From assembly GCA_951406725.2 (NCBI GenBank), contig OX597815.1:181722001-181786000 (forward strand): a stretch of 64,000 nt of DNA. Reading direction: 5' to 3'. This DNA is from Octopus vulgaris (Eukaryota). The notes beneath the pieces are model-generated. The model ran no database searches. It had not been told where the DNA came from and saw only the letters and a list, made by a program, of their open reading frames with translations. Both the position numbers and the translations under genes were made by a program. Shown here one piece after another: positions 1 to 12,320 of this stretch. The stretch's first letter is position 1; each line of letters opens with the position of its first letter.

Positions 1-229
1 AAACCCCAAAGAATCCCTCTCAACACATGGCTATGATGCTCCCCCACTACTTCTGCTCGTGATCAGAGATGCACATATCGTCAGCCACTAAGGGACATGC
101 TCAACTGGTTAAGGTCAAACAACTGACAAGTAAATCTGTGGTATTGAGCAGAATATTTGCTGTATCCCATCTTTTATACCAAGACAAAACAATGTACATG
201 ATAACACTTCCAATCAGTTAAGATCAGAA
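1..229 (-). mobile_element. Fragment of a (TAA)n-associated non-coding interspersed repeat
   Basis: Near-identical to 47059-47288 and 47741-47898; abuts a (TTA)n tract. Strand inferred from the fixed left end and variable right end of the copies. Confidence 0.7.
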
Positions 230-278
230 GTTATTATTATTATCATTATTATCATTATTATTATTATTATCATTATTA

Positions 279-355
<77 letters not shown>
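230..355. repeat. (TTA/TCA)n microsatellite
   Basis: Direct reading. Confidence 0.97.
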
Positions 356-358
<3 letters not shown>

Positions 359-843
359 TAGTTTTATTTTTATAGCGTGCTTTCACTTCACTACCGAGCA
401 CAGCTCTGTGTGCCTTGGGTATGTGTTGTGATTTGTTGTGATGCTCTGATGGTTATTGTATGGAAAGTGTTCTGCGTAGGATGTGTGCAGTGCCTAGTAG
501 TGCAATTTTCTGTATGTTATATGTGTTTGTAAGTCCTGGTGTTTTTGTTATGTATTTGTCTGAATATTTTTTTATCATGCCTAATGCACCTACTATGATA
601 GGAATTGTTTCTGTTTTCAGATTCCACATTCTGGTTACCTCTATTTCTAGGTCTTTGTATTTTGAGAGTTTCTCCATTTCTTTTAGAGACACGTTGTCAT
701 CTGCCGGTATTGATACATCAATTAGAAAGCATTTTTTTTCTTCATGATCTCTGACAACTATATCTGGCCTGTTGGCCTTAATTTCTCTATCTGTGTGTAT
801 CGGCATATCCCAGAGTATGGTTGCTTTCTTGTTTTCTGTGACC
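353..843 (-). mobile_element. 5'-truncated R4/Dong-clade non-LTR retrotransposon (restriction-like endonuclease C-terminus + 3' UTR) inserted in (TAA)n
   Basis: Frame reads KVTENKKATILWDMPIHTDREIKANRPDIVVRD..CFLIDVSIP..KLSKYKDL..PIIVGALG, with the RPD-D-K motifs of RLE endonucleases; stop at 453; TAA repeats on both flanks, the known Dong target. Confidence 0.9.
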
Positions 844-898
844 TTATTATTATAATTATTATTATTATTATTATTATCATTATTATTATTATTATTAT
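844..898. repeat. (TTA)n microsatellite
   Basis: Direct reading. Confidence 0.95.
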
Positions 899-1335
899 TT
901 GTGAATGCTGTTTAGTAAGGAATTGCAGACAAAATTTCTCGGACTATAAGAGACTACCATAATACATATTAATATTTTTGGTTATTGTACTTTTATTCAT
1001 TTATTTTTTTCTTTGAAAAATTACACTCTGAAAAAATATCTTGAAGGTGGACTAAAATTTTCATTTGTGAAATGCTTTTTTTTCTTTCACACTCGTTATC
1101 GATTATAATTAAAGACAAGAATAAAAAAAAAAATTCAGCAACACAAAAGTTACATTCAGTTTTGCACAGTAAAAGAAAAGGGTGCAAGAATGGAAAATAT
1201 TGAAATTTTAACATTTTTTCACAAAATCTTAATATGTTGTGTTTAAAACTGCTTGAAAGATGTCAAAAATTAAAAAGTTCAGAAAGGAGGGGAGAAATAT
1301 TAGAAAATTAAAATTTGGAATTTTTTTTTGTCTTG

Positions 1336-1419
1336 GAAAAATTTCTTTGGATTTTGATGTTTAAAAAGTCCAGAGATTATCTCTGAAGTTTTGAAACATC
1401 AAAATCCAAAGAAATTTTC
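1336..1419. repeat. Near-perfect palindrome / hairpin
   Basis: 1338-1377 matches the reverse complement of 1379-1418 at 37 of 40 positions. Confidence 0.9.
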
Positions 1420-2553
1420 AAAACCTAATAAACGAAACTATTATGAGGTTGCATAATATGGAACACTGTTTGTTTTTAAATTTTATAACTATTAGGTGAA
1501 TGCTGCTAAATCAAAAAGGAATAAATCACAACAATCTACAACAAAAAACATCAATTAAAACAAAATATTTGAGTGTTGAATAAATAGTTCACATATCAGA
1601 AATAATAGCAAAATTGAAACTTTGACCAGTGGACACAGAAGTCTGTTTTCTTAATTATATTAGCTTGCCGACATCATTTCATTAAAACTAAATTTTTCCT
1701 GATTGCTTGTTTTTATCAATATGAAAATAATATCATCAAAGAATTAAATTAAAGTTAAGGCAAAATAATGGCAGATTCTCGTCACAAGATGGTTTGTGGC
1801 AAAATATTTATTTGTTCAAAGCAACAAAACCAATTCTCAGAAACCAGTCTTTAACACTTTTGGTACCAGCCTGCCTGAGGCCAGTAGAGGTTCTTTTATA
1901 CAAAAACTTTCCATATATAAATTAGAATTATATAAATTAAAACTTACATCATAGATTTATGTAAGAACCTTTTGTTACGTGCCAAACACAAGTTTAATAA
2001 TGAAAATGTCAGTATACTAAATTCTTTATTATTTTCAAAATCAATTCCAACATACACACAACATATTTCAATAGAAAAATGGCCACAAAATTTTTAATGC
2101 AATTGGCGGTATTAAGTTTATGCTTTTATTGAAAGTAAATAGAAAGTACATAACATATTACTCCATCTTTCTATGGTACCTGAATTTATTTCAGAAATAT
2201 TTGCTTAATTGATTTTATTTCCTTTGTAAAATCAAAAATTATTTTTATCGAATTCTTCACATTCACGTATATCCACATAATATGCTTATGACGATGAAAT
2301 ATTTTAAGAGTTAAATGATCAATACTTTCTAATATTTTCCTATTCAAAATACATATTGCATTTTCTTCTGGATTTTTCTTAAATACAAATGTGTCCAGAA
2401 ATATGTTTGGTAATGAAAAATTGGAATAAAAAGTATAAATTTCACTGCATTATCAAGTTTGTTTATTTTACTTGTTTCAAGATGATAGAAACATGTAATA
2501 TTTTCTTTTAAAGATTTTGGTGCAGGAGTAATCAAAATTCAAAGAGTGACACT

Positions 2554-2715
2554 AGGTGCAGGAGTGGATGTGTGATAAGTAGCTTGCTTACCAACCACAA
2601 GGTTCAGGGTTCAGTCCCACTGCATGGCACCTTGGGTAAATGCCTTCTACTATAGCCTCGGGCCTCGTGAGTGGATTTGGTAGACAGAAACTGAAAGAAG
2701 CCCATTGTATATATG

Positions 2716-2748
<33 letters not shown>

Positions 2749-2962
2749 ATATGTTTGTGTGTCTGTGCTTGTTCCTCCAACATTGCTTGACAACCTATGC
2801 TGGTGTGTTTACGTCCCTGTAACTTAGTGGTTCGGTAAAACAGACCAATAGAATAAGTACTAGGCTTACAAAAGAATAAGTCCTGGAGTTGAGTTGCTCG
2901 ACTTAAGGTAGTGCTCCAGCATGGCCACAGTCAAATGATTGAAACAAGTAAAAGAGTAAAAG
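2554..2962 (+). mobile_element. tRNA-derived SINE, family A (central (TA)/(TG) microsatellite, AGAGTAAA tail)
   Basis: A-box-like TGG.TGTGTG.TAAG, B-box-like GGTTCAGTCCC, CACCTTGGG core; at least 15 related copies in the window. Confidence 0.9.
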
Positions 2963-3098
2963 TTACAGGAATTCTATATGCATTCCAAATGAAACTCATA
3001 TCAGAATGAATTACTTGGAAAACTTGTAAATTACTAAATAGAATATTCTTAAATAAATGCTTTCTAACTTAATGCTGGAGCTCAAACTAACATGACAC

Positions 3099-3540
3099 TG
3101 TTGGAAGGCAGGGTTAGAGAGGGTGCCGGCCAAAACTATACACCCTTTCCTTCCATTGGTCAGTTGAAGCTTAGACAGTGTCATGTGACAGTTAGCTGGT
3201 GTTGGCTGCTGGAGCCTACAGGCAAGTATTTAAAGGGAGATTTGGCATGATGGTCATAACACTGCATCGAAGAAACCAAAGAACAAAAGAAAAAAGGAGA
3301 AAGAAGAAATGCACTCAACACCAGAGTTGAAGACACCTCCGAAAGGAAGTGGGGGGCTGCCATGTCGAAAAGGGTAGAGGAGTAGGGTCCGAAACTGTGC
3401 GTGGTTCCTCCTGATGATGTCTTTGGCCACTGGATCCTATAAAGGAGCTCTTGAGGTAGCAACCCACAAAATGTGGTTGGAATCTCTCCTATTTCCAAGA
3501 AAAAGGAATAAATAGAAGAAAAGTGAAATTGGAATCCAAC
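3099..3540 (+). mobile_element. Possible degraded solo LTR
   Basis: GC-richer island starting TGTTGGA and ending TCCAAC, with TATTTAAA (about 3227) and AATAAA (about 3507); no TSD and terminal CA not intact. Confidence 0.3.
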
Positions 3541-3648
3541 TAAAGACAGGCAAATATTAATGATCCTGGTAATAATTTAACATCCAAAGGTGTTAAATTA
3601 TCAGGATCTGTGGTATGGCACACTATGCAAATCTGTATTTCTTTTGAA

Positions 3649-4068
3649 AAAGGCAGCAAGCTGGCAGAAACGTTAGCACACTGAGTGAAAGGCTTAGCAG
3701 CATTTTGTCTGTCTTTACATTCTGAGTTCAAATTCCAACAAGGTCAACTTTGCCTTTCATCTTTTCGTAGTCGATAAATTAAGTTCCAGTTGTGTACTGG
3801 AGTCAAGCTAATCAACTGGCCCCCTCCCCCAAAATTTCGGGCCTTGTGCTGAGTAGAAAAGAATTTTCTATTTAAAAAAACATGCCTGGCAAAATGCTTA
3901 GTGGTTTTTCATGTCTTTACGTTCTGAGTCCAAATTCCACCGAGGTCGACTTTGCCTTTCATCATTTCAGGGTCGATAAATTAAGTTCCAGTTATGTATA
4001 GGGGTCGATCTAATTCACTGGCTCCCTCTCTCAAAATTTCAGACCTCGTGCCTACAGTAGAAACGAAT
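3649..4068 (+). mobile_element. Two tandem SINE family B copies (Nin-like central domain)
   Basis: AGCTGGCAGAAACGTTAGC head, GAGTTCAAATTCC B-box, GCCTTTCATC..TTC..GTCGATAAATTAAG core. Confidence 0.85.
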
Positions 4069-4219
4069 ATTTCTTTTGAAATAGCTTTAATGCAATTGGC
4101 TAGCATAGCAGTCCAATCAGTGATTGATATAATAATGATTTAAGACTGAATTTTCATAGAAGGGTTGTATGTTTCAATTCAACAACTGAGATAAATGCTA
4201 ATGAAGGTAATATAGTCTA

Positions 4220-4660
4220 GCTTACTTGTGACAGCGTTCACCCTGGGCAGGTTGAGCTGGCTTCTTCTCTTGTCCTGACAGCATCACAAACCATGGCAGC
4301 CCACGTATTCATATTTATTGCCATGGTAGTAGTAGAATTCATTGAAGTTTCGTAGGAATATTGAATTCACAAGCGGTCCTCGACATCCCGCATGCATATC
4401 TCAAGTGACGGGATGCCCTGTTTGCCATGGGATCTCCAAAGATGTAGGGACAGAACGACCTTGAAGCTGCCGGCTACCAATCAGACGCCTCTTGGAATTT
4501 TCACCAGAGCCTCGTTGACCAGGCTGCATCCCTAATACTACTCGGTGCCAGACCAATCCGCCTTGGGTGGCCCTACCAGGAACCGAAGTTCCCGACGGCA
4601 TAGCTCTGACACTGCCCATTTACACCACCCTACGACTTTGAGGAGAGGTTGCGCTTTAGG
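4220..4660 (-). mobile_element. Internally deleted RTE-type LINE derivative (5' UTR joined to 3' end)
   Basis: Minus strand has an RTE-like 5' UTR motif (AGAGCTATGCCGTCGGGAAC..CCTGGTAGGGCCACCCAAGGCGGATTGGTC), then TWAAMVCDAVRTREEASSTCPG* and a CAAGTAAG tail. Confidence 0.6.
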
Positions 4661-4929
4661 GAGGTGGTTAGGGATATTTAACTCCTGATCATAGGCTCAA
4701 GTACTGGAATGGGTGATATATTTTCTTTTTAAGCAAGCCACTTCGTTTCATGTTGCCTCAGTTTATTCAGCTAAAATGCTTACTTCTGGATGACTGCTGG
4801 CTGTACTTTGTGGATGCTAAAATTCTGCTCAGCTTATATTATATATTATTCATAGAATGTGGAATACTGGAGACAAAAATATTTTCTCAAATATTTGTAT
4901 AGCAAATAGAATCAATACTGGTGGAGTAT

Positions 4930-5224
4930 AACACATACACATACACACACACATACATGCATACATACATACATACATACATACATACATACACACATAC
5001 AAACACATGCATACACACCCACATGCACACATACCCACATGCATACATACACACACATGCACACACATACACGCATACATACACACATACATACTCACAC
5101 ATGCATACCCACATACACAGACATACATATACGCACATACATACTCACACACACACACATGCATACACACTTTCATACTCACATGCACACATGAACATGC
5201 GCACACACACACACACACACACAC
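4930..5224. repeat. (CA)/(TACA)n compound microsatellite
   Basis: Direct reading; explains the overlapping low-complexity ORFs. Confidence 0.95.
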
Positions 5225-5436
5225 CATAGGGCAACACAGAGAAGCACCAACACAATATAAAAGCTCCAATCTCAAATGTTTTCAAAATTTTGGGGTTATT
5301 TTGTTGGTTTAGGAGGTTCCTTTTATAATTTTATGCATATATTTTTTCATCTTTTAATTTGCACTAATTTTCCAATTATAATACAAACAAACAAAGCATT
5401 TTTTAAATTTCTCTTCTCCATTTCCTTTTATTGACT

Positions 5437-5502
<66 letters not shown>

Positions 5503-5554
5503 GTATATATACATACTTTCATATATATATGTGTATATATATATATATATTCAT

Positions 5555-5800
5555 ATGTGGGCACAGGACATCACAAAATGTGTACAACAAAAAAATACAA
5601 AGTATGAGTAGATGGAATATGAACTATGTTTTCGAACAACAAAAGACACAAATGGAAAACAAAATAAATAACATAAAGAACGATCCTTCATCAGTTGTTG
5701 ACTGTTTTTCTAGTCTTGTATTTCGAGCATTTAACAACAATATACGCTTTCGATATAACAGTTGTTCCCGCAAAGCAAATTAAATAAAATTTGGGATTTT
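5555..5800 (-). mobile_element. (TA)n-flanked repeat fragment, probably Penelope-like; related to 10255-10445
   Basis: Shares CAACTGATGAAGG..GTTCTTTATGTT..TCTTTTGTTGTTC with 10268-10333; between (TA)n tracts. Confidence 0.5.
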
Positions 5801-5907
5801 GAAGAGTGTCAAAATTGGTAACATACAGACACATATATATGGTGTCTATGTGTATGTATATATATATATGTATATATATGTATATATATGTATATATATA
5901 TGTATGT

Positions 5908-5958
<51 letters not shown>

Positions 5959-5960
<2 letters not shown>

Positions 5961-6115
5961 GGGCGAATTCACAAAAAGATGAAGACAGGTGGTGTAGACA
6001 ACAAACAGATGTATTAGTATAATGGTCAGGAAGTGAAAAAGTCTTTAACGTTTCGAGCCTACAATCTTACACAGAAAGAAACACAGAAAGAAACAAGGAG
6101 AGAAAATAAATGTGT
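5959..6115 (-). mobile_element. Penelope-like terminal fragment with degenerate hammerhead motif
   Basis: Homologous to 8181-8368; minus strand CTGTGTAAGATTGTAGGCTCGAAACGTTAAAG. Confidence 0.6.
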
Positions 6116-6146
6116 GTATGTGTGTGTGTATATATCGGACCGACCG

Positions 6147-6185
<39 letters not shown>

Positions 6186-6343
6186 AATCATGATAATCCT
6201 GCATTTGAAACCTCGCTGTTCATGTTACATACTAAGACATATGTACATATGACTGTATAGATCCACTTTAAAAATTGGTACAAATGTAGAAGTGAGGTAG
6301 TCAGTGCCCAGAGTATTGGAATACCTGTAGAATATTTAACAAA

Positions 6344-6714
6344 TATGGTTCCAGGTTCAGTCCCACTGCGTGGCACCTTGGGCAAGTGTCTTCTACTATA
6401 GCCTCGGGCCAACCAAAGCCTTGTGAGTGGATTTGGTAGACGGAAACTGAAAAGAAGCCTGTCGTATATATGTATATATATATATGTATGCATGTGTGTG
6501 TTTGTGTGTCTGTGTTTGTCCCCCTAGCATTGCTTGACAACCGATGCTGGTGTGTTTATGTCCCTGTTACTTAGCGGTTTGGCAAAAGAGACCGATAGAA
6601 TAAGTACTGGGCTTACAAAAGAATAAGTCCCGGGGTCGAGTTGCTCGATTAAAGGTGGTGCTCCAGTATGGTCGCGGTCAAATGACTGAAACAAGTAAAA
6701 GAGTAAAAGAGTAA
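6344..6714 (+). mobile_element. SINE family A (5'-truncated)
   Basis: Matches 2554-2962 from the B-box onward; AGAGTAAA tail. Confidence 0.9.
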
Positions 6715-8180
6715 ATGAAATCTGCAGCTGGCTTTAGAATATGTTTCTGTGTAAAACATCTTATTGTACATTTATTGAGTTCATGTAACTATGAGAAAAC
6801 AGTTCCAGGTTTCTTGGAAATATTATGAGATATAACGGCGTCTTCATCTTCGTTTCATGAAACTGAAGCAGAGTATTGATTTTGATGCCCTTCCCTTTAT
6901 CTCTTGCTCCCTCGCTCCTATGCCTTAGAGACAGAAATACAAGAGTTAAATACAGTTGCATAGAATCATTGAAATGTTGAAATTTTAACAATCATCCATC
7001 CTATACAATAAATCAGGTGTAAACTGATAAGATATCTACCTTCAGAAGTGTATGATTATCATAAGAACAAGAATCCTTATATGAGAACATTTTTTTATAT
7101 GGCTATCCAGAAAATGTTAAAATTCACCCAAGTATGAATGCACAGATTGTTAATGCATTCTGAAATACAAGTTCCCGGTTGACTAACCACGCCCTTGGTA
7201 GCTATTAATAATGATAAAATATAAAAATGAAAAACTTACACATAAAAGCAATTTACATTCAAGTGTTTGTTTTTAAAACTTTTTGTAAGGAAAATTAATA
7301 ATTTATTATTATATTACTAAATCTGAAACCATTATAATTTATTATATTACTATTCGGTAAACCAACCAATAGGTGTGTCTATAATTGAGATATAAGAGAA
7401 CAGATAGTTGCATATTAACTCCTTCCCTGTAAACCAACTCTTACTCAAGAATTCTGTTTGTTCAATGAAAGGAAACTATTTTGCAGAGAATAATTCGGAT
7501 CAAGTGGGAAAATGTTGATTATCCATTATTCAAAAGTTCTGTGCTCATTTCAGCATTTTCTGTTTTTCTGTCATTTCCTTACGGTTCACACTTCTAAATT
7601 CCCACAGCCTGAAGATGTCAACGTATTTGTGTGTATGTGTACCTTTTAGCAAAAACACATTTACACATACTTACACGTCAGTCAAATAACTGTCAGTTTG
7701 TAGTGGTAGCCTTCATATTTGTGACTAACAGCATAAAGAAATGCTATTATTTGTATTTAGTACCAATATTTGTCTTCTTACCTACAACTTATTTCCAGAC
7801 ATTTCCTCCACTGACACTCAGCTAACTTGTGACTATATCCAGTGATAGCTTTATTGCGCATCAGCTATTTCTTCTCACACATACTTAAAGTTAATTTTGT
7901 TATATTTTCTTTCACCTTCGGAATTCCCAAATAAAATTGTATTTGCAGAGAATACAATTTGTCACATCATTTAACCGAATACTTTTGCGGAGATTGCTTT
8001 AAACTAAACAGCTTGTTGTGACTTTTATATTTGTTACGAGTTTCATTGATATTGAAATGATTTTTCTTTTAATTATCAACAAACATAATTTTAACGGTTA
8101 GGTGTATGTGTGTATTTGTGTGCATGTATATGAGTGTGTTTATGTGTGTGTATATATATATGTGTGTGTGTGTGTATATA

Positions 8181-8368
8181 TAGGGAGAGTTTACGAAATA
8201 AACAAACGACGAAGACAGGTGGTGTACAAAACAAACAGATGTATTAGTATAACGCTCAGGAATAGAAAAAGTCTTTTACGTTTCGAGCCTACGCTCTTCT
8301 ACAGAAAGGGACACAGAAAAAACAAGGAGAGAAAATAAATTTGTGTAGTGGCTAACGATCTATCATGG
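8181..8368 (-). mobile_element. Penelope-like terminal fragment anchored at (TA)n
   Basis: Copies at 19420-19607 and 40920-41103; contains a hammerhead-like fold. Confidence 0.65.
8273..8308 (-). ncRNA. Minimal type I hammerhead ribozyme-like motif (variant core CUGUAGA)
   Basis: CTTT-CTGTAGA-A-GAGC(GTAG)GCTC-GAAA-CG-TA|AAAG: stem I CTTT/AAAG, stem II GAGC/GCTC, palindromic stem III, GUA site. Confidence 0.6.
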
Positions 8369-8589
8369 TGACTGTGTGTGTATATATATATGTGTGTGTG
8401 TATATATATATATATGTGTGCATATATATATGTATGCGTATATATATATGTGTGCATATTTGTGTGTGTGTGTGTGTGTATAAATGAGTGTGTTGAAGTT
8501 TATCTTTTTGCTGGCAAGGAACAGCTAAAGACATGTTTCTGCCTATTTAACTTCAAGTTAGTATAGTCTATTCAAGCCTGTCTAATCAT

Positions 8590-8962
8590 TTACTTTTTTA
8601 TTTGTTTCAGTCATTTGGCTGTGGCCATGCTGGAGCACCGCCTTTAGTCGAGCAAATTCTTTGTAAACCCAGTACTTATTCTATCGGTCTATTTTGCTGA
8701 ACTGCTAAGTTACAGGGATTTAAACACACCAGCATCAGTTGTCAAATGATGTTGGGGGGGGGGGACAAAAACACACACACACATATATATATATATACAT
8801 ATATATAACAGGCTTCTTTCAGTTTCCATCTACCAAATCCACTCACATGGCTTTGGTCGGACCAAGGCTATAGTAGAAGACACTTGCCCAAGGGGCCACG
8901 CAGTGGGACTGAACCCAAACCATGTGGTTGGTAAGCAAACTACTTACCACACAGCCACTCCT
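8590..8962 (-). mobile_element. SINE family A
   Basis: Reverse complement of family A; duplicate at about 19830-20203. Confidence 0.9.
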
Positions 8963-9383
8963 GATAACAATTTTCAGAGATCATGATTTTACCATTAATG
9001 GTTGAGGTATTTGAAAACAGAAAAACACCAGGCAATATGTTACACCATTTGTAGACTACACAGACATGGTGGTACTTTGTAAATATTTACACAATTGCAG
9101 AGACATTTGCGTGCACACACACACACACACAAACACGTGCTATATATATTTACACACATATATATATCTACACTTATATACATATATCTCCACACATACA
9201 TATATTTCCACACATACATATATCTACGCACACATATCTACACACACATGCCTATCTCTACACAGACATACATATATCTTTCAGGTTGGCCTGAAGCTAC
9301 TGTGCAACCTGAAGCGATATGCTTCAAAACTGAACTTTTCAAACACACCCATGCCTGTGTATATGCATGTATTTATCTATATA

Positions 9384-9812
9384 CTAGCAGTATCACCTGG
9401 CGTTGCTCGGGTTTGTAAGGGAAATAACTATATAAGCATTTTTAGAGAGTTATAGTCAAAAAATAGCAAAAAAATGCATTAAAATGGAAAGAAAATTATG
9501 GTAAATTTTTTTTTAAATCGTTGACTCATCGTAGACATTTTTAGAGAGTTACTTCCCTTATATAATAGCGAAAAAATGCATTAAAATGGAAAAAAAATGA
9601 TGGTAAATTTTTTAAAAATCGTACACTCATCGTGGACGCATGCTAATACCCAGAAGGGCTCGATATGAATCACGACTATAAGATACTATAAGATAGTATC
9701 TTATAGTATAAGATACTATAAGTTTTGGTTAAACTGCACCGCAAAATGTGGGAGTAGTTAGGAATCTAAATCGTAGGAGACAGACACACAACCTTACTTT
9801 TATATATAAAGA
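9384..9812 (-). mobile_element. Non-autonomous Helitron
   Basis: Minus strand starts A|TCTTTATATATAAAAG and ends with hairpin CCCGAGCAACGCCAGG..CTAG|T; duplicate at about 20625-21053. Confidence 0.75.
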
Positions 9813-11482
9813 TGTATGTATGTAAGAGAAAGATGGCCAGACATTGAGAGAGACAAAGGGGTTTTTGAGAAATAACTTTTCTTTTAAACATGTGCTCTAT
9901 ACACAGTTGTAATCTAGTTCTATTTTTCCTATCAGAATAATGTGATACGGTTGTGTGTTGCGGCCAATCTATAATAAACGGTGGCGTCTAAGTAATTGGT
10001 GCAGATATTAATACTAGATTTTGGATTTTGTCTGTTATATTTATACCTCATCACTCAGGTGTTTAGATAACTTAGGTTTCAGCCAGGATAGACTCAGGCC
10101 ATGTCTAACTTTATTGTCTAACTTTTAGTCATGTATGGGGCACCATGGCCTACTCTAGCAAAGAGTTATTTTTTATATTTGCGACAAGACTTTGTTGTGC
10201 TAAGAATATTGCCTCCATCATTAAAGCGTAGGTGTGGAGATTTGTAGAGTATGGATAAAACAGGGGACAACTGATGAAGGGAATGTTCTTTATGTTGCAT
10301 GTCTCATTTCTCTATTTGTTTCTTTTGTTGTTCAAAAAAATGTTCGTTTTCTATGTTTTTGTTTTTTATGTTCTCGTTTCTCATTCTGTCTACGTTTTTT
10401 TTTTTATGTCCTATACCCATATATGCAAGGGTACAGGACATCATGACAGTGCCCCAGCATGGCCACAGGTTAATGACTGAAACAAGTAAAATGTAAAAGA
10501 TTGAAAAATAGTATCAAAGAAAATAATGATGAACTAATGGAGAGAGCTTCTATATGGGTGCTCAAGCTGTTAGAAATAGCAGCTGAATCTCTCAAATCAA
10601 GCACAATATTGTCAGCTTGGAAGGTTACATGTCATGTGATAATACAAATTGAAGTGGGTTGTACCAAAGAAAACATTGCGATGGTTATGGATTTGAGAGC
10701 TTTGATCATAAGTCTGCTCAATGATGACTAAACTGGAGCTAAATAACAACAAACAAACAAAACATTCTTTGTAGAAAAAAAGTAGAGTGAAAGATTTAAC
10801 GTTCAGAAACCTTACAATTCTAAATTATGCAAATTTCAAAGCTAAACTGATAAATCAGGTAAGCCAAGACACAGAGTAAATTAAGAATTAAAAAGAAAAT
10901 TTTAAAAAAAGCAGAGCCTCAAAAAAAAAAGCTTCCTAAATTCCTGCAAGTGATGGGAAATCAGAGAATGAAAGGATTGAGACAACACGAAAATAAATTC
11001 TGGAGACTAAACTGTTTCAAGAGGATAAAATGGGATTTTACATGGCATTGAACAGAAAGAAAATATGACTAAAAGACAATAGTACTTATAGAAAAAATAA
11101 ATGTTTGAAAAAAAACAGACAAAACAAATGACCTGGTTTATACAATTTTTTTAAAAATACTCTTACAATATTAAGTACAAATAAAAATGAAAAATTTAAA
11201 GATAATCATAGAAGAGGAGTGCTTGCAAAATGGAAGACATTGGGAAAGCTCCTGGATAAATTAAGTACTAAATTATTATTTTTACATCTCACAATGATAT
11301 TCAGTGATAGTACTTTGTAGTAAAGATTGTTTGCCAACATAACATGGCAGTCCTGGTTTAGGATGAATGTTGCTGTAATTAAGCCCAGGAGACATCGTCT
11401 CCAGCTGGTTATACAACATGATCTGTGTCTTTATATTTTTGAACAAGGGAATCTAGCACCCCCACTTAGCTCAAAAGCAATA

Positions 11483-11527
11483 TCTGTGTATTGCAATTTC
11501 TGAGTTATTTCTCTTCATCAGCACAGA
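11483..11527 (-). ncRNA. Type I hammerhead ribozyme motif
   Basis: TCTGTG-CTGATGA-A-GAG(AAATAA)CTC-A-GAAA-TTGCAA-TA|CACAGA; stem III is the palindrome ATTGCAAT. Confidence 0.7.
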
Positions 11528-11659
11528 ATAATTGTTTGACTAGAGGTGGCGCTGCCAAATTCCCATTCTAAATATATAGTTTTCAAAGTGACAACTAGTC
11601 ACTGATCCACAAATTAGAAAATTTACTATTTTTAAATCTCACAACAAGAGAACAAATAT

Positions 11660-11704
11660 TCTGTGCTGATGAAGGGAAATAACCCGGAAATCACAATACA
11701 CAGA
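11660..11704 (+). ncRNA. Type I hammerhead ribozyme motif
   Basis: TCTGTG-CTGATGA-A-GGG(AAATAA)CCC-G-GAAA-TCACAA-TA|CACAGA; stem III partly decayed. Confidence 0.65.
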
Positions 11705-12320
11705 TATTGTTTTGAGCTGAGTGAGAGTGCTAGATTCCCTTGTTTGAAAATATAAGGACACAGATCATGTCGTATAGCCAGCTGGAGACGATGTCTCCTG
11801 AGGCTAAATTACAGCAACATTCATCCTAAACCAAGACTGCCATGTTATGTCAGTAAACAATCTTTACCCCAAATTAAGTATCAGTTGTATACAGGGGTCG
11901 ATCTGATCAACTGCCCCCCTCCCCCCAAATTTGAGGTCTAGAATAGAAAAGAAAAGTTCTAGAGTTTTGGGGAGTATGGAGCTACATCTTAATCCCATTG
12001 CTCCCAGGTTTGCTCAGGCACTGGATGTTAATGTCCTTCACTATGTTCCTTTAATGTAAAAGAGACTTGGCTGCTGTCAGTGTTTGTGGGATAAGTAAAT
12101 AATTATTATATGGAGGAGACAACAGAAATTACATAAAACTGGAGACTTCTTATTATCTGTTACGGGGCTTAAAAGCTGCTGTTAATATTTAAGCACAATA
12201 CACTGTTAATGATGTTATGTTTAATACAGCTATACTAACAAAAGGAACTGTTCTACACATACTTGTAAGAATGTATTAGATAGAAGACATTTCAAATGCA
12301 AACGTCTGATTCTAAGCGTA

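Larger units (their letters stand above)
11320..11867. mobile_element. Long inverted repeat (about 210 bp arms, 125 bp spacer), Penelope-like, with a hammerhead in each arm
   Basis: 11320-11530 is the reverse complement of 11657-11867; duplicate at 22558-23103. Confidence 0.85.

Noticed and set aside
3385-3425. CGAAAC...CTGATGA as a permuted hammerhead
   Set aside because: No stem I or stem II pairing.
4850-5312. His/Thr- and Cys/Val-rich ORFs
   Set aside because: Translations of (CA)/(TACA) repeats; the same applies to the many YI/IY ORFs.
6761-6991. 76-aa ORF with acceptor-like site
   Set aside because: No recognisable homology or donor site; could be chance.
7445-7609. Minus-strand segment with acceptor- and donor-like ends
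   Set aside because: Stops in all three frames; no support as a coding exon.
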